Shown here: one piece after another, positions 11,785 through 22,580 of the stretch
Layout of the letters: each line of letters opens with the position of its first letter
Numbering within the stretch: position 1 is the first letter of the stretch
Source of the DNA: Macrostomum lignano
Taxonomy: Eukaryota
Assembly: GCA_002269645.1 (NCBI GenBank)
Contig: NIVC01004001.1
Location: 1 to 64,000 of the forward strand
Reading direction: 5' to 3'
DNA length: 64,000 nucleotides
Notes under the pieces: model-generated
Database searches by the model: none
Told to the model about the DNA's origin: nothing
The model's input: the letters and a program-made list of their open reading frames with translations, nothing else
Made by a program: the position numbers and the translations under genes

Positions 11785-12140
11785 CCAGTTGAGATTTCCA
11801 ATCCGATAGCTTTTCCAGGTGAGATTTCTAATCCGATAGCTTTTCCAGGTGAGATTTCTAATCCGATAGCTTTTCCAGGTGAGATGTCTAATCTGATTGC
11901 TTTTTCAGGTGAGATTTCCAATCCGATAGCTTTTCCAGGTGAGATTTCTAATACGATAGCTTTTCCAGGTGAGATTTCCAATTAAATAGCTTTTCCAGGG
12001 GAGATTTCCAATCTGATAGCTTTTCCAGGTGAGATTTCCAATCTGATTACTTTTCTAGGTGAGATTTCCAATCCAGTTGCTTTTCCAGGTGGGATTTCCA
12101 ATCCAGTTGCTTTTCCAGGTGGGGTTTCCAATCTAATCGC
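11785..12140. repeat. 30-bp minisatellite gagatttccaatccgatagcttttccaggt x~12
   Basis: Tandem units read directly. Confidence 0.95.
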
Positions 12141-12831
12141 TTTCCTGGATGGAGCTAAACTCACTGATAGTCTATGTATGACTTTTCAATATCAGCCTCG
12201 CTGATTGAGATAAAGCCATTAGCTCTTCAGACCTCCAGTTGATTGATACCACTAAGCATCCCAATCCCTGTTAAAACAGGCCAACACAGGTTGAATAATC
12301 CTAATCCCTCAGATCTGCAGCAATCCGTGGACTTCCTTTTAGACTTCTACTAGAGCTCGCAGTTGATAAATTTCACTCTCTGAATAGATGTAGTGATGAA
12401 GCTGCCTCAGTCCTGCTGCTGGGCCCTGTATTTTATTCATGACCGCTCCATGCTCAGTCTGTCTGACCGAGGGGTTCCGGAGATTCTAAACCGTGGCTTC
12501 AATCCCGCGTCAATAAGTCAGCTGGAAATGGAAATTGAAAAAGCTTTTTCTAAAAAATTCACTTCATAATTCATGCATTGCAAAAAGCTAGAAAATCCCT
12601 AGTGGCTTGCAAAAAGTGTTAATTTTTGCTTGCGATTTTAAAGCATGTATGTTGTTATTGTCGGAGTTGTTCATCATTGTTTCTGTACAACAATGGAAAA
12701 AAGCTAATTTCCTCTGACAATGCCTTTGTGTTTTGTCAATTTCCTGACTCTGATCACTGAACCACACAAATCACCTGGCTAGAAGTTGTTTTAGCCCAAA
12801 GCTATATGGTTGCACCCCAGATCTTCAACTG

Positions 12832-13340
12832 ACAGCTGCAGCCCTCCCAGATCCCCAGTTGCTAATAGCTGCAGCCCTCCCAGATCCCCAGTTGCTAATA
12901 GCTGCAGCCCTCCCAGATCCCCAGTTGCTAATAGCCGCAGCCCTCCCAGATCCCCAGTTGCTGAGAGCTGCAGCCCTCCCAGATCCCCAGTTGCTGAGAG
13001 CTGCAGCCCTCCCAGATCCCCAGTTGCTGAGAGCTGCAGCCCTCCCAGATCCCCAGTTGCTCATAGCTGCAGCCCTCCCAGATCCCCAGTTGCTGAGAGC
13101 TGCAGCCCTCCCAGATCCCCAGTTGCTGAGAGCTGCAGCCCTCCCAGATCCCCAGTTGCTAAAAGCTGCAGCCCTCCCAGATCCCCAGTTGCTAATAGCT
13201 GCAGCCCTCCCAGATCCCCAGTTGCTAATAGCTGCAGCCCTCCCAGATCCCCAGTTGCTGAGAGCTGCAGCCCTCCCAGATCCCCAGTTGCTGAGAGCTG
13301 CAGCCCTCCCAGATCCCCAGTTGCTGAGAGCTGCAGCCCT
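12832..13340. repeat. 33-bp minisatellite agctgcagccctcccagatccccagttgctgag x~15
   Basis: Tandem units read directly. Confidence 0.95.
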
Positions 13341-13811
13341 CAGGGGATATCTCAGTTGCTGAGCCGCTTAGCCACCCTCTGATGTTCGCGGTGTCGAAGT
13401 GCACTAAGAGTTGTGTGCTGCATATCAACTGAAATTCCTATCCAGTCTCCTTTTGCTGGCCTAGCGATTCCCAAGCGACCTTTTTGTCTATAATTTCTCC
13501 CATAAGCTTTCGCCCATAGGCACAAGTTCGGGTTCGGTTTTCGTGTACTTTTATAGCGAACGATGCCCAGACTGGCTTAGTGTGAAAATTGTTTAGGAAA
13601 TCCCCTCGCCAACTTTACAGCCGGTTGTTTACAGGCGGTGGCACCCGGCTGAATAGTCGTTTAGGGACTCGTGCTAGCTGCCCTTTGCTAATGCAAAAGT
13701 TTAGAGAAAAAACTATGGTAGGGAAGCAAGCTCTGAGTACGTCTCGTCTGGGACATTTCTTGCAGGTGATGTGCAGGTAGTCAGCCAGTGCTCCACACAT
13801 ATTCTCCGCTT

Positions 13812-13935
13812 CTCTCCCTTCTGTAGGCTGCCCTCCACTTCTGTAGGCTGCCCTCCACTTCTGTAGTCTGCCCTCCACTTCTGTAGGCTGCCCTCCACTT
13901 CTGTAGGCTGCCCTCCACTTCTGTAGGCTGCTCCA
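13812..13935. repeat. 20-bp tandem repeat ctccacttctgtaggctgcc x~6
   Basis: Read directly, just upstream of the AK-A acceptor. Confidence 0.9.
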
Positions 13936-14007
13936 ACTGCCCTTTTGAGGCTCATCCCCAGTCGGCCGAACTCCACTTAACAATGACTCATTCAAACTCT
14001 GTTCCAG

Positions 14008-15275
14008 CCTGCCGCGGAGGACATCAAGGACCCGAAGGCGCCAGCCGTTCGGCCCCCTCTAGACGTGGCCTTCATCGGGCCGCCCGGCTCTGGCAAAGGC
14101 ACTCAGGCTCGCCGCTTCGCCGATAAATTCGGCGTGTGCCACGTGGACATGGGCTCGATGCTGCGGTCCGCGGCTGCCAGAAATGAGCAGGTCTGCGTAC
14201 TGTCCAATGCGGTCACTGGAACAGCACTGAACCACCCTCTCCAGAAATTTTCGCCCTTCTTCCAAAAAAAAATCGCTCTCTCCAAAAAGAATCGCCTTCT
14301 CTTCAAAGAATTGCCCTCTTTAAAAAACGCCCCTATCTAGAAAGAATCGTCCTGCGTAGAAAGAATCGCCTCTTGTCTAGAAAGAATCTCCCGTGTCTAG
14401 AAAGAATCGCCTTTTGTCTAGAAAGAATCGCCTCTTGTCTAGAAAGAATCTCCCGTGTCTAGAAAGAATCGCCTTTTGTCTAGAAAGAATCGCCTCTTGT
14501 CTAGAAAGAATCGCCTCTTGTCTAGAAAGAATCTCCCGTGTCTAGAAAGAATCGCCTTTTGTCTAGAAAGAATCGCCTCTTGTCTAGAAAGAATCGCCTC
14601 TTGTCTAGAAAGAATCGCCTCTTGTCTAGAAAGAATCGCCTCTTGTCTAGAAAGAATCGCCTCTTGTCTAGAAAGAATCGCCTCTTGTCTAGAAAGAATC
14701 GCCCTTGTCAAGGGAGAATCGCCCTAGTGTAGATAATCGCCCCAACCGCAATCCCCCCCCCTCCTCGAAAGTTCAAGGCCAGCATCAACCAGGGCCGGCT
14801 CATTGCGGACGATCCGGTGTGCGAGCTGGTGGCGCAGCAGCTGGACCGGCCAGAGTGCGACCCGGGCATCCTGCTGGACGGCTTTCCGCGCACTTCCGGC
14901 CAGGCCGCCAAGTTGGACCAGATGCTGTCCGAGCGGCGGCGCAGCTTGTCCGCGGTTGTCCAATTCGATATTCCGGATGACGTTGCCACGGACAGGATCA
15001 CCGGCCGGCTGCACCACCCCAGCTCCGGCAGGGTGTACCATCACAGCTTCCAGCCACCGCGCGTGCCCGGACGCGACGATGCGACGGGCGAGTCGCTGAC
15101 GAAGCGGCCGGACGACTTCCCGGACGTGATGCCGAGGCGGCTGGCCGCCTACCGCGACCTCATCGGCCCGGTGCTGCAGCGGTACAGCCAGGCCGGCCTG
15201 TTGAAGCGTGTCGATGCCAGCAAGCCGGCTGACTCGGTCTGGAGCACCTTGCAGAGCCTGTTCAAGTCTGGCTGA
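14008..15275 (+). CDS. AK2: Adenylate kinase AK2-like, paralog A; exons 14008-14190 and 14772-15275; 5' start unresolved (possible exon 13715-13765 or SL-donated AUG)
   Basis: P-loop [33 protein letters not shown]...DDATGESLTKRPDD. Phase-0 intron 14191-14771 (CAG|GTC...GAAAG|TTC) keeps the frame. Acceptor ttccag at 14007 has an in-frame stop just upstream. Confidence 0.85.
14330..14715. repeat. 21-bp minisatellite tctagaaagaatcgcctcttg inside the AK-A intron
   Basis: About 17 units; degenerate precursor units extend to ~14240. Confidence 0.95.
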
Positions 15276-15374
15276 GAGCTGTCCATGCATTGCATTGTGC
15301 TTTAGTATGTGATTATACTCACTGCGGGCTTTCTGGCATGCCCGCTCAAGGATTTTGGCGCCTCATTTTTAGAG

Positions 15375-16040
15375 ATATGGGGTGTCCACTGCAACATCGG
15401 GGTTTCCTGGCCACTTAGGGATCGAGGCTGTCCACTGAACCATGGGGTGTCTACTGAGGCATCAGGGTGTCCACTGAAGCATCAGGGTGTCCACGGAGGC
15501 ATCGGGGTGCCCAATGAGGCATGGGGGTTGTCCACAGAAGTATCGGGTGTCAACTGAAGCATCGGGTTGTCCACAGAAGTATTGGGGTGTCCACTAAAGC
15601 ATCGGGTGTCCACTAAAGCATCGGGTGTCCACTAAAGCATCGGGTGTCCACTAAAGCATCGGGTGTCCACTAAAGCATCGGGTGTCCACTAAGGCATCAG
15701 GGTGTCCACTAAAGCATCGGGTGTCCACTAAAGCATCGGGTGTCCACTAAGGCATCAGGGTGTCCACTGAAGCATCGGGTGTCCACTGAAGCATCGGGTT
15801 GTCCACTGAAGCATCGGGTTGTCCACAGAAGTATCAGGGTGTCCACTGAAGCATCGGGTTGTCCACAGAAGTATCGTGGTGTCCACTGAAGCATCGGGTG
15901 TCCACTAGGGCATCGGGATGTACACTGAAGCGTCGGGTGTCCACAGAAGTATCGGGGTGTCCACTGAGGCGTCAGGGTGTCCACTGAAGCATCGGGTGTC
16001 CATGTCCGCTGAAGCATTGGAGTGTCCACTGAGGCATCGG
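15375..16040. repeat. 19-20-bp minisatellite gtgtccactgaagcatcgg
   Basis: Tandem units read directly. Confidence 0.9.
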
Positions 16041-16619
16041 AGTACTATAGAGTAATTGTTAGCTAGATTATATATGACAAATAGATAAATTTATTGTCTT
16101 TTAGTTAATTATTAACTGCTCTGCTACAAGTAAAATTTGTAACTATTGTGTGCGCAGTGTGATTTTACCTGTTTATTTGGCCCACATTACTGCAGCTCTG
16201 TCTGCTTGTAGCTGTTTAGCCACCCGTTAGATATGGTATTAGATATCCTTATCGGAAGAGATTTTTTTCAGTTTTCAAGCGCTGTCTGTAGTAAATTTCT
16301 ATTTTCCCTTAGGCCATTGATTGATTATTATATACTCGTAGTAGCATATTTATTGTGTTCAATTTCATTATTAAATATTTATTACCAATTTGTCTCTGCT
16401 TCACCTTCAAAAATTCACCTTGTACTTAGCCGATTGTGTGCCGTCTGTTCGATTAGTTTTATCCGCACTTGTATTTGTGTTAGCTATTTATAGTTATAAA
16501 CAAATAGATTTTAATGGTCATACTTTTCTGCTTGAGCCGATGGACTGATCTACCTGGTTTTAATCATTTTAATGTCACATTTTACTGCCCTTTCTAATTG
16601 TAATTAGAAGCGAAGGTCG

Positions 16620-17490
16620 CTACTGACACCCTGCAGTCCATGCTGACACCCTGCAGTCCATGCTGACCCCTGCAGTCCATGCTGACACCCTGCAGTCCAT
16701 GCTGACACCCTGCAGTCCATGCTGACACCCTGCCGTTCATGCTGACACCCTACAGTCCATGCTGACACCCTGCAGTCCATGCTGACCCCTTCAGTCCATG
16801 CTGGCACCCTGCAGTGCAGTCCATGCTGACTCCCTACAGTCCATGCTGGCACCCTGCAGTGCAGTCCATGCTGACTCCCTACAGTCCATGCTGACACCCT
16901 GCAGTCCAGGCTGACACCCTGCCGTTCATGCTGACACCCTACAGTCCATGCTGACACCCTGCCGTTCATGCTGACACCCTACAGTCCATGCTGACACCCT
17001 GCAGTCCATGCTGACACCCTACAGTCCATGCTGACCCCTTCAGTCCATGCTGGCACCCTGCAGTGCAGTCCATGCTGACTCCCTACAGTCCATGCTGACA
17101 CCCTGCAGTCCATGCTGACACCCTGCCGTTCATGCTGACACCCTTCAGTCCATGCTGACACCCTACAGTCCATGCTGACACCCTGCAGTCCATGCTGACA
17201 CCCTACAGTCCATGCTGAAACCCTGCAGTCCATGCTGACACCCTACAGTCCATGCTGACCCCTTCAGTCCATGCTGGCACCCTGCAGTGCAGTCCATGCT
17301 GGCACCCTGCAGTGCAGTCCATGCTGACTCCCTACAGTCCATGCTGACACCCTGCAGTCCATGCTGACACCCTACAGTCCATGCTGACACCCTGCAGTCC
17401 ATGCTGGCACCCTGCAGTGCAGTCCATGCTGACTCCCTACAGTCCATGCTGACACCCTGCAGTCCATGCTGACACCCTGCAGTCCATGCC
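16620..17490. repeat. 20-bp minisatellite cagtccatgctgacaccctg
   Basis: About 40 units with variants. Confidence 0.95.
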
Positions 17491-18269
17491 AGCCCTTTTG
17501 ACCTTGTTGCGTCCCCAGCTAGCGCACACAATCAAGGCCTGCCCAAGCCGCTATTGAGCTGATTCACTTTAATTCAAGCTGCGCAATCGGTTGCGAAAAA
17601 AACTGTCCCAGTTCAAGCGAGCCCTTATCGAGCCCGTCTCTCGTGACGCGGCTTGTTTTCAACAATTCAGCCTTTTTTTTAAAAAAACATTGTTTTTGCA
17701 AATCTCGGCCGCTGCCGTCTCTTCCTGGAAATCGGGTTCTCAATTTGTCAGCGCCCCGCCGGCACCTGTTTGCTCACTGGATTTAGATTAGCTAGATTTG
17801 TACTTTTCCTTTGGTGCGGCCGACTGAAGGGATTGGCGGATTGCTTGATGTCCTCCCCTGTCTGTCTAAGCTCGTCTGATCGAGACAGAGTAACTAGCGG
17901 CCACTGCCCCTGCTTTTGTGTGCAGCTGGTAACTTGTAACTTGATAAGTAATTCCGGCGCCTCAGCCATTGAAATAGGCTCTTACGCCACTAGATATAAA
18001 TAAGTTTCCTGATAGGGAGTGTACTAATGTACACTAAAAGCCAAGTTAGACTATAGAGGACTGTACAGGGCATTTCTGCAGCTGGTGCAGAAATGCAGGC
18101 TTTATGTAGTCTGCTTTGGGGCGTTCTTATCCAACTTTTATTCACCGCATGTCTTTGGGGGGATTAAGTTGTGCGCTTTCTGCGCTCTGGCGTAACTTCT
18201 TTAACTTTTGCTCCCTGCAGACTTAGTTATTTAGTACTGGCTCGCTCATGGTCTCGGTATCTCACTCAT

Positions 18270-18490
18270 GAACTCATGACGTCACCCATGATCTCATTAC
18301 ACACCCATGGACCTCACTCATGATCTCATTACCTCACCCACTGACCTCAACCATAATCTCGTTACTCACCCATGGACCTCACTAATGATCGCATTAACTC
18401 ACCCATGACTCACTCGTGATCTCATTACCTCACCCATGACTCACTCGTGATCTCATTACCTCACCCATGACTCACTCATCATCTCACTAA
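18270..18490. repeat. ~31-bp degenerate tandem repeat (ctcacccatgactcactcgtgatctcattac)
   Basis: Read directly. Confidence 0.8.
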
Positions 18491-18884
18491 CTCCCCGCTC
18501 AAAAGTGCTTTTTCAAAGCAAATCCGGCCGCCAATCTCAATCCCAAAAACGCAGGCGCGTAAACGGTCTGTTAAAAATATCCAGAGCGGGTGGCAATTGT
18601 TGCATCAACAGTGATTCATTTTTCGGTTGGGTGCAGGTGTTTGTTTCAACGGGCCGGGGGGGGGGCGACTCGCCTGGGGGAGTTTTCTGTCACAACTAAT
18701 CTCCCACCTTGATTTCCGCCTTTGTGTCCGGCACAAATTGCAATTAGTATTTGCACCTGCTACTGCTTAGACAGGCGACCGCAGCTGCCCTGCATAAATG
18801 GGGGATGAGAGTTTAGTCCTTTTCAATCCTAATTCTCTTGATAGGACTTTGAATCAACTTTGTCGCAATGCTTTATGAAGCAAT

Positions 18885-18975
18885 GTCAGCCTCACAGACA
18901 GGCAATCACAGACTCACAGACAGGCAATCACAGCCTCACAGACAGGCAATCACAGCCTCACAGACAGGCAATCCA
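18885..18975. repeat. 22-bp tandem repeat cacagcctcacagacaggcaat x~3.5
   Basis: Read directly, upstream of AK-B. Confidence 0.85.
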
Positions 18976-19030
18976 GCGCATTCCCACCCCATCCCGCAGC
19001 CGCAGTCTTAACTAATTTCGCTATCGCACA

Positions 19031-20346
19031 ATGGGCCAGTCCTGGGGCAAGCAGCAGCAGTCGGGCAACGTGAACGCCATGTTCCTCGGGCCGCCGGGCT
19101 CCGGCAAGGGCACCCAGTCGGAGCGATTCGTCCGCCACTTCGGTGTCTGCCATCTGGACGCCGGCACGATGCTCCGCGCCGTAGCCAAGGCGGAGTCGGA
19201 GCTCGGCAAGCGGGTGCGCGGCCTCATGAACGAAGGCCGCCTGGTTGACGACCAGACCATCTGCGAGATCATCGAGCAGAACCTGGACAAGCCCGAGTGC
19301 AAGAAGGGTTTCCTGCTGGACGGCTTCCCCCGCACCCAGGCCCAGGCCGAGCGGCTGGACGACATGCTTGGCCGCCGCCGGCAGCAGCTTAACGGCGTCG
19401 TTGAGTTCGCCATCGACGACCGCCTTCTGGAGGAGCGAATCGTCGGCCGCCTGATGCACGTCCCCTCCGGCCGGGTCTACCATGAGAAGTTCCGGCCGCC
19501 CCAGGTGCCGGGTGAGCTCACGGGGAAGCAAATGGGGAATCTGATAGGGAATCTGATGGAGAATCTGATGAGAAATCTGATAGTGAATCGAATAGGGAAT
19601 CTCATAGGGAGTTGAATAGGGAATTTGATTCGGAAGAAAAACTGGGATAAAGCGGATGGAGAAGAGAGACTGGCGAAAACAGATAGAGAATACAGACTGG
19701 GGAAAACAGATGGAGAAGAGAGACTGGGGGAAAACAGATGGAGAAGAGAGACTGGGAGAAATCAGATGGAGAAGAGAGACTGGGGAAAACAGATGGAGAA
19801 GAGAGACTGGGGGAAAACAGATGGAGAAGAGAGACTGGGGAAAACAGATGGAGAAGAGAGACTGGGGGAAAACAGATGGAGAAGAGAGACTGGGAGAAAT
19901 CAGATGGAGAAGAGAGACTGGGGAAAACAGATAAAGAAGAGAGACTGGGGGAAAACAGATGGAGAAGAGAGACTGGGGGAAACAGATGGAGAAGAGAGAC
20001 TGGGATAAAGCGGATGGAGAAGAGAGACTGGGGGAAAACAGATGGAGAAGAGAGACTGGGGGAAAACAGATGGAGAAGAGAGACTGGGGAAAACTTTCCG
20101 AGTTCCAAGCAGCGCCGGTGCCCCGATCCCTGCCGCGCAGGCAAAGACGACGTGACGGGGGAGCCGCTGACGCGGCGGTCGGACGACAACGCTGAGACGC
20201 TGCGCACCCGGCTGGCGCAGTACCACGAGAAGACGCGGCCCCTCACCGACTATTACGGCCGGCGCCACCTGATGCACCGGTTGGACGCGTCTCGGTCTCA
20301 GGACCAGGTGTGGCAGGACCTGCTGCGCATCTTCAAGCAGGCCTAA
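19031..20346 (+). CDS. AK2: Adenylate kinase AK2-like, paralog B; exons 19031-19511 and 20141-20346 (228 aa)
   Basis: MGQS...[24 protein letters not shown]2-type [25 protein letters not shown]|[16 protein letters not shown]. Phase-1 intron 19512-20140 (G|GTGAG...GCAG|GC). Confidence 0.92.
19530..20095. repeat. 12-bp repeat (19530-19625) then ~28-bp purine-rich minisatellite (aaacagatggagaagagagactggggga) inside the AK-B intron
   Basis: Read directly. Confidence 0.9.
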
Positions 20347-20505
20347 TTCAGTGTCATTTCATACCTGTTGATTCTATGAGTCGGCGTCAGTGCTGTTGCT
20401 GTAGTTTAGGTTCAAATTTTTACTGTCAACTTCTCTAGTTCAACCTATCTGTCTCATCAGGCCGTAATGACTCGTAAAATTAACACTTCAAATTATTATG
20501 GCGAA

Positions 20506-20652
20506 TCTGATGCTACTAATTAGTAGTATGCACACCTGGGGCCGGGTCTCCCATGGCAACTCTGATGCTACTAATTAGTAGTATGCACACCTGGGGCCGG
20601 GTCTCCCATGGCAACTCTGATGCTACTAATTAGTAGTATGCGCACCTGGGCG
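20506..20652. repeat. 55-bp tandem repeat x~2.7 containing the palindrome ctactaattagtag
   Basis: Units start at 20506, 20561, 20616. Confidence 0.9.
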
Positions 20653-21424
20653 AGTCTCCAAGTAAGTTGATTAGTCGCCATTCCAATTATTATTTGAATC
20701 CGGAGAGCGCTATGTTTTAAATTTGTCTTCTCCCACTGTTTTGTTGATTTTTTTCACCCCTGTGTGTGGGGGTTTCTGACCTGATTCTTAATGCCGATAC
20801 TGGTTTAGCAATAGTAATTATTATTATATTAATATTATTAGTTGAGAAATAGATCCGACTCGAACATCTCTGTGCAGCCATTCCGCCAGCCACCTTCTGC
20901 TGTCATTTGCATGGCAACCAGTGAATTATTGAATTCTGACAAATGGCTAACGCGAAGAGTCGGGCGCTTTGATTTTGACAGAGTGGTCTCAATTATTTTC
21001 ACAGTCAGACCTGCTGGCTGGAAACTGGCTCAGAAATTGTGCCGTGCGAGTTTTCTGAAATTCTTAAGAAAGTAAAAGTTTTATTTTTACTTTCCCAAGC
21101 CATAAGCCGGTTTAGAAGTGGTGCAGATGAAGCTAAGCATGTGATGTATGAAACAGTATCCAACCGCCCCGCATGCTGCAAAAAAGTTTCATTTGAATCA
21201 CACCAAGTTGCAATGGCGCAGTTGTCAGATTGCGCACCAATCGGCTAGCTTGGACTTCGGACTATTTGACCTACTTTTCGAATTGTTGAAAACTTGGGCC
21301 CAGGTGCAAGTTGTTTCTAGCCAAGGAGAACTTCATCAGTATCTGGAGTAAAAAATTAAATTGAAAAAAAAAATTTGTTTCGTTTATTAAAAATGTTTGT
21401 TTTATGTAGCACATCTTCGAGAAG

Positions 21425-21860
21425 CACTTGGTTCAATGCTTTCAGTAGGTTTCACGACCCGCTGAGAATTTCTATGGTGAAACCTCACTTGGCTCAATGC
21501 TTTCAGTTGGCTTCACTGCCCGCTGAGTGTCTATGGTGAAACCTCGCTTGGCTCAATGCTTTCAGTTGGCTTCACTGCCCGCTGAGTGTCTATGGTGAAA
21601 CCTCACTTGGCTCAATGCTTTCAGTTGGCTTCACTGCCCGCTGAGTGTCTATGGTGAAACCTCACTTGGCTCAATGCTTTCAGTTGGCTTCACTGCCCGC
21701 TGAGTGTCTATGGTAAAACCTCACTTGGCTCAATGCTTTCAGTTGGCTTCACTGCCCGCTGAGTGTCTATGGTGAAACCTCACTTGGCTCAATGCTTTCA
21801 GTTGGCTGCACTGCCCGCTAATGTCTATGGTAAAACCTCACTTGGCTTAATTCTTTCAGT
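21425..21860. repeat. 59-bp tandem repeat x~7
   Basis: acctcacttggctcaatgctttcagttggc... recurs at 21482, 21541, 21600 and onward. Confidence 0.95.
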
Positions 21861-22369
21861 TTGATAATGCCTATGAAGAAGCCGCAGTTACATGTACGCT
21901 CGCACCTTAAAAATGTTCTTAACAATTAGGCATGTACACTTGTACATTCATGGTTGTTTGTACATGTACTCTTACAAGAAATTAATAGGCGGCCCACACG
22001 TGGATAGCAACTACATTCGTGACATTTTTACTGTATACATGTATCTGGCAGCTGGTCAATACAGCTCCAATTTAATGCACATCCAGCGATAGTTTATGGC
22101 CAGCCCCGCTGACCACGTAGGCAGGAATGGGTCTCTCAGGCGTCGTCGTGAATATTTCAAGGCTGTGCATTTGCTCGAAGCTGACTTCCAGGGAAGCCTA
22201 CCGGGGCAGCAGGCCCCCTTGATCTGGTGGGTTTCACAAACTCGAAATTTTACAGCGTCGAAACTCTAAAGCACCCTTCTTCATAACGTCGAAATTACAC
22301 GCGACGTAGAAAAATCAAATAGCGGCCATTTCGACCATTGAAAAGGTCGAAATTTCACATTTAATTTAT

Positions 22370-22580
22370 GTTGTGAAAATTCGACCTTATGAGTACCTTG
22401 CTCGCTTTCGATGTGAAATTTCGACCTTGCGAGTCCCTTGCAAGCTTTTGGTGTGAAATTTCGACTTTATGAATCCCTTTGCTAGCTTTCGGTGTAAAAT
22501 TTCGACCTTATGAGTCTCCTTGCTAGCTTTCGATGTGAAACTTCGACCTTGGTAGCTTTCGGTGTGAAATTGCGACCTTA
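22370..22580. repeat. ~40-bp degenerate tandem repeat (gtgaaatttcgacctt...) x~5
   Basis: tcgac core at 22381, 22421, 22461, 22502, 22543. Confidence 0.8.

Noticed and set aside
14008-20346. Bacterial origin (HGT) of the GC-rich adenylate kinases
   Set aside because: Spliceosomal introns, an AK2-type LID and the same GC-rich codon style as neighbouring host genes.
10440-21860. 57-, 55- and 59-bp arrays as possible CRISPR arrays
   Set aside because: Units are wholly repeated with no unique spacers; eukaryotic context; no cas genes.
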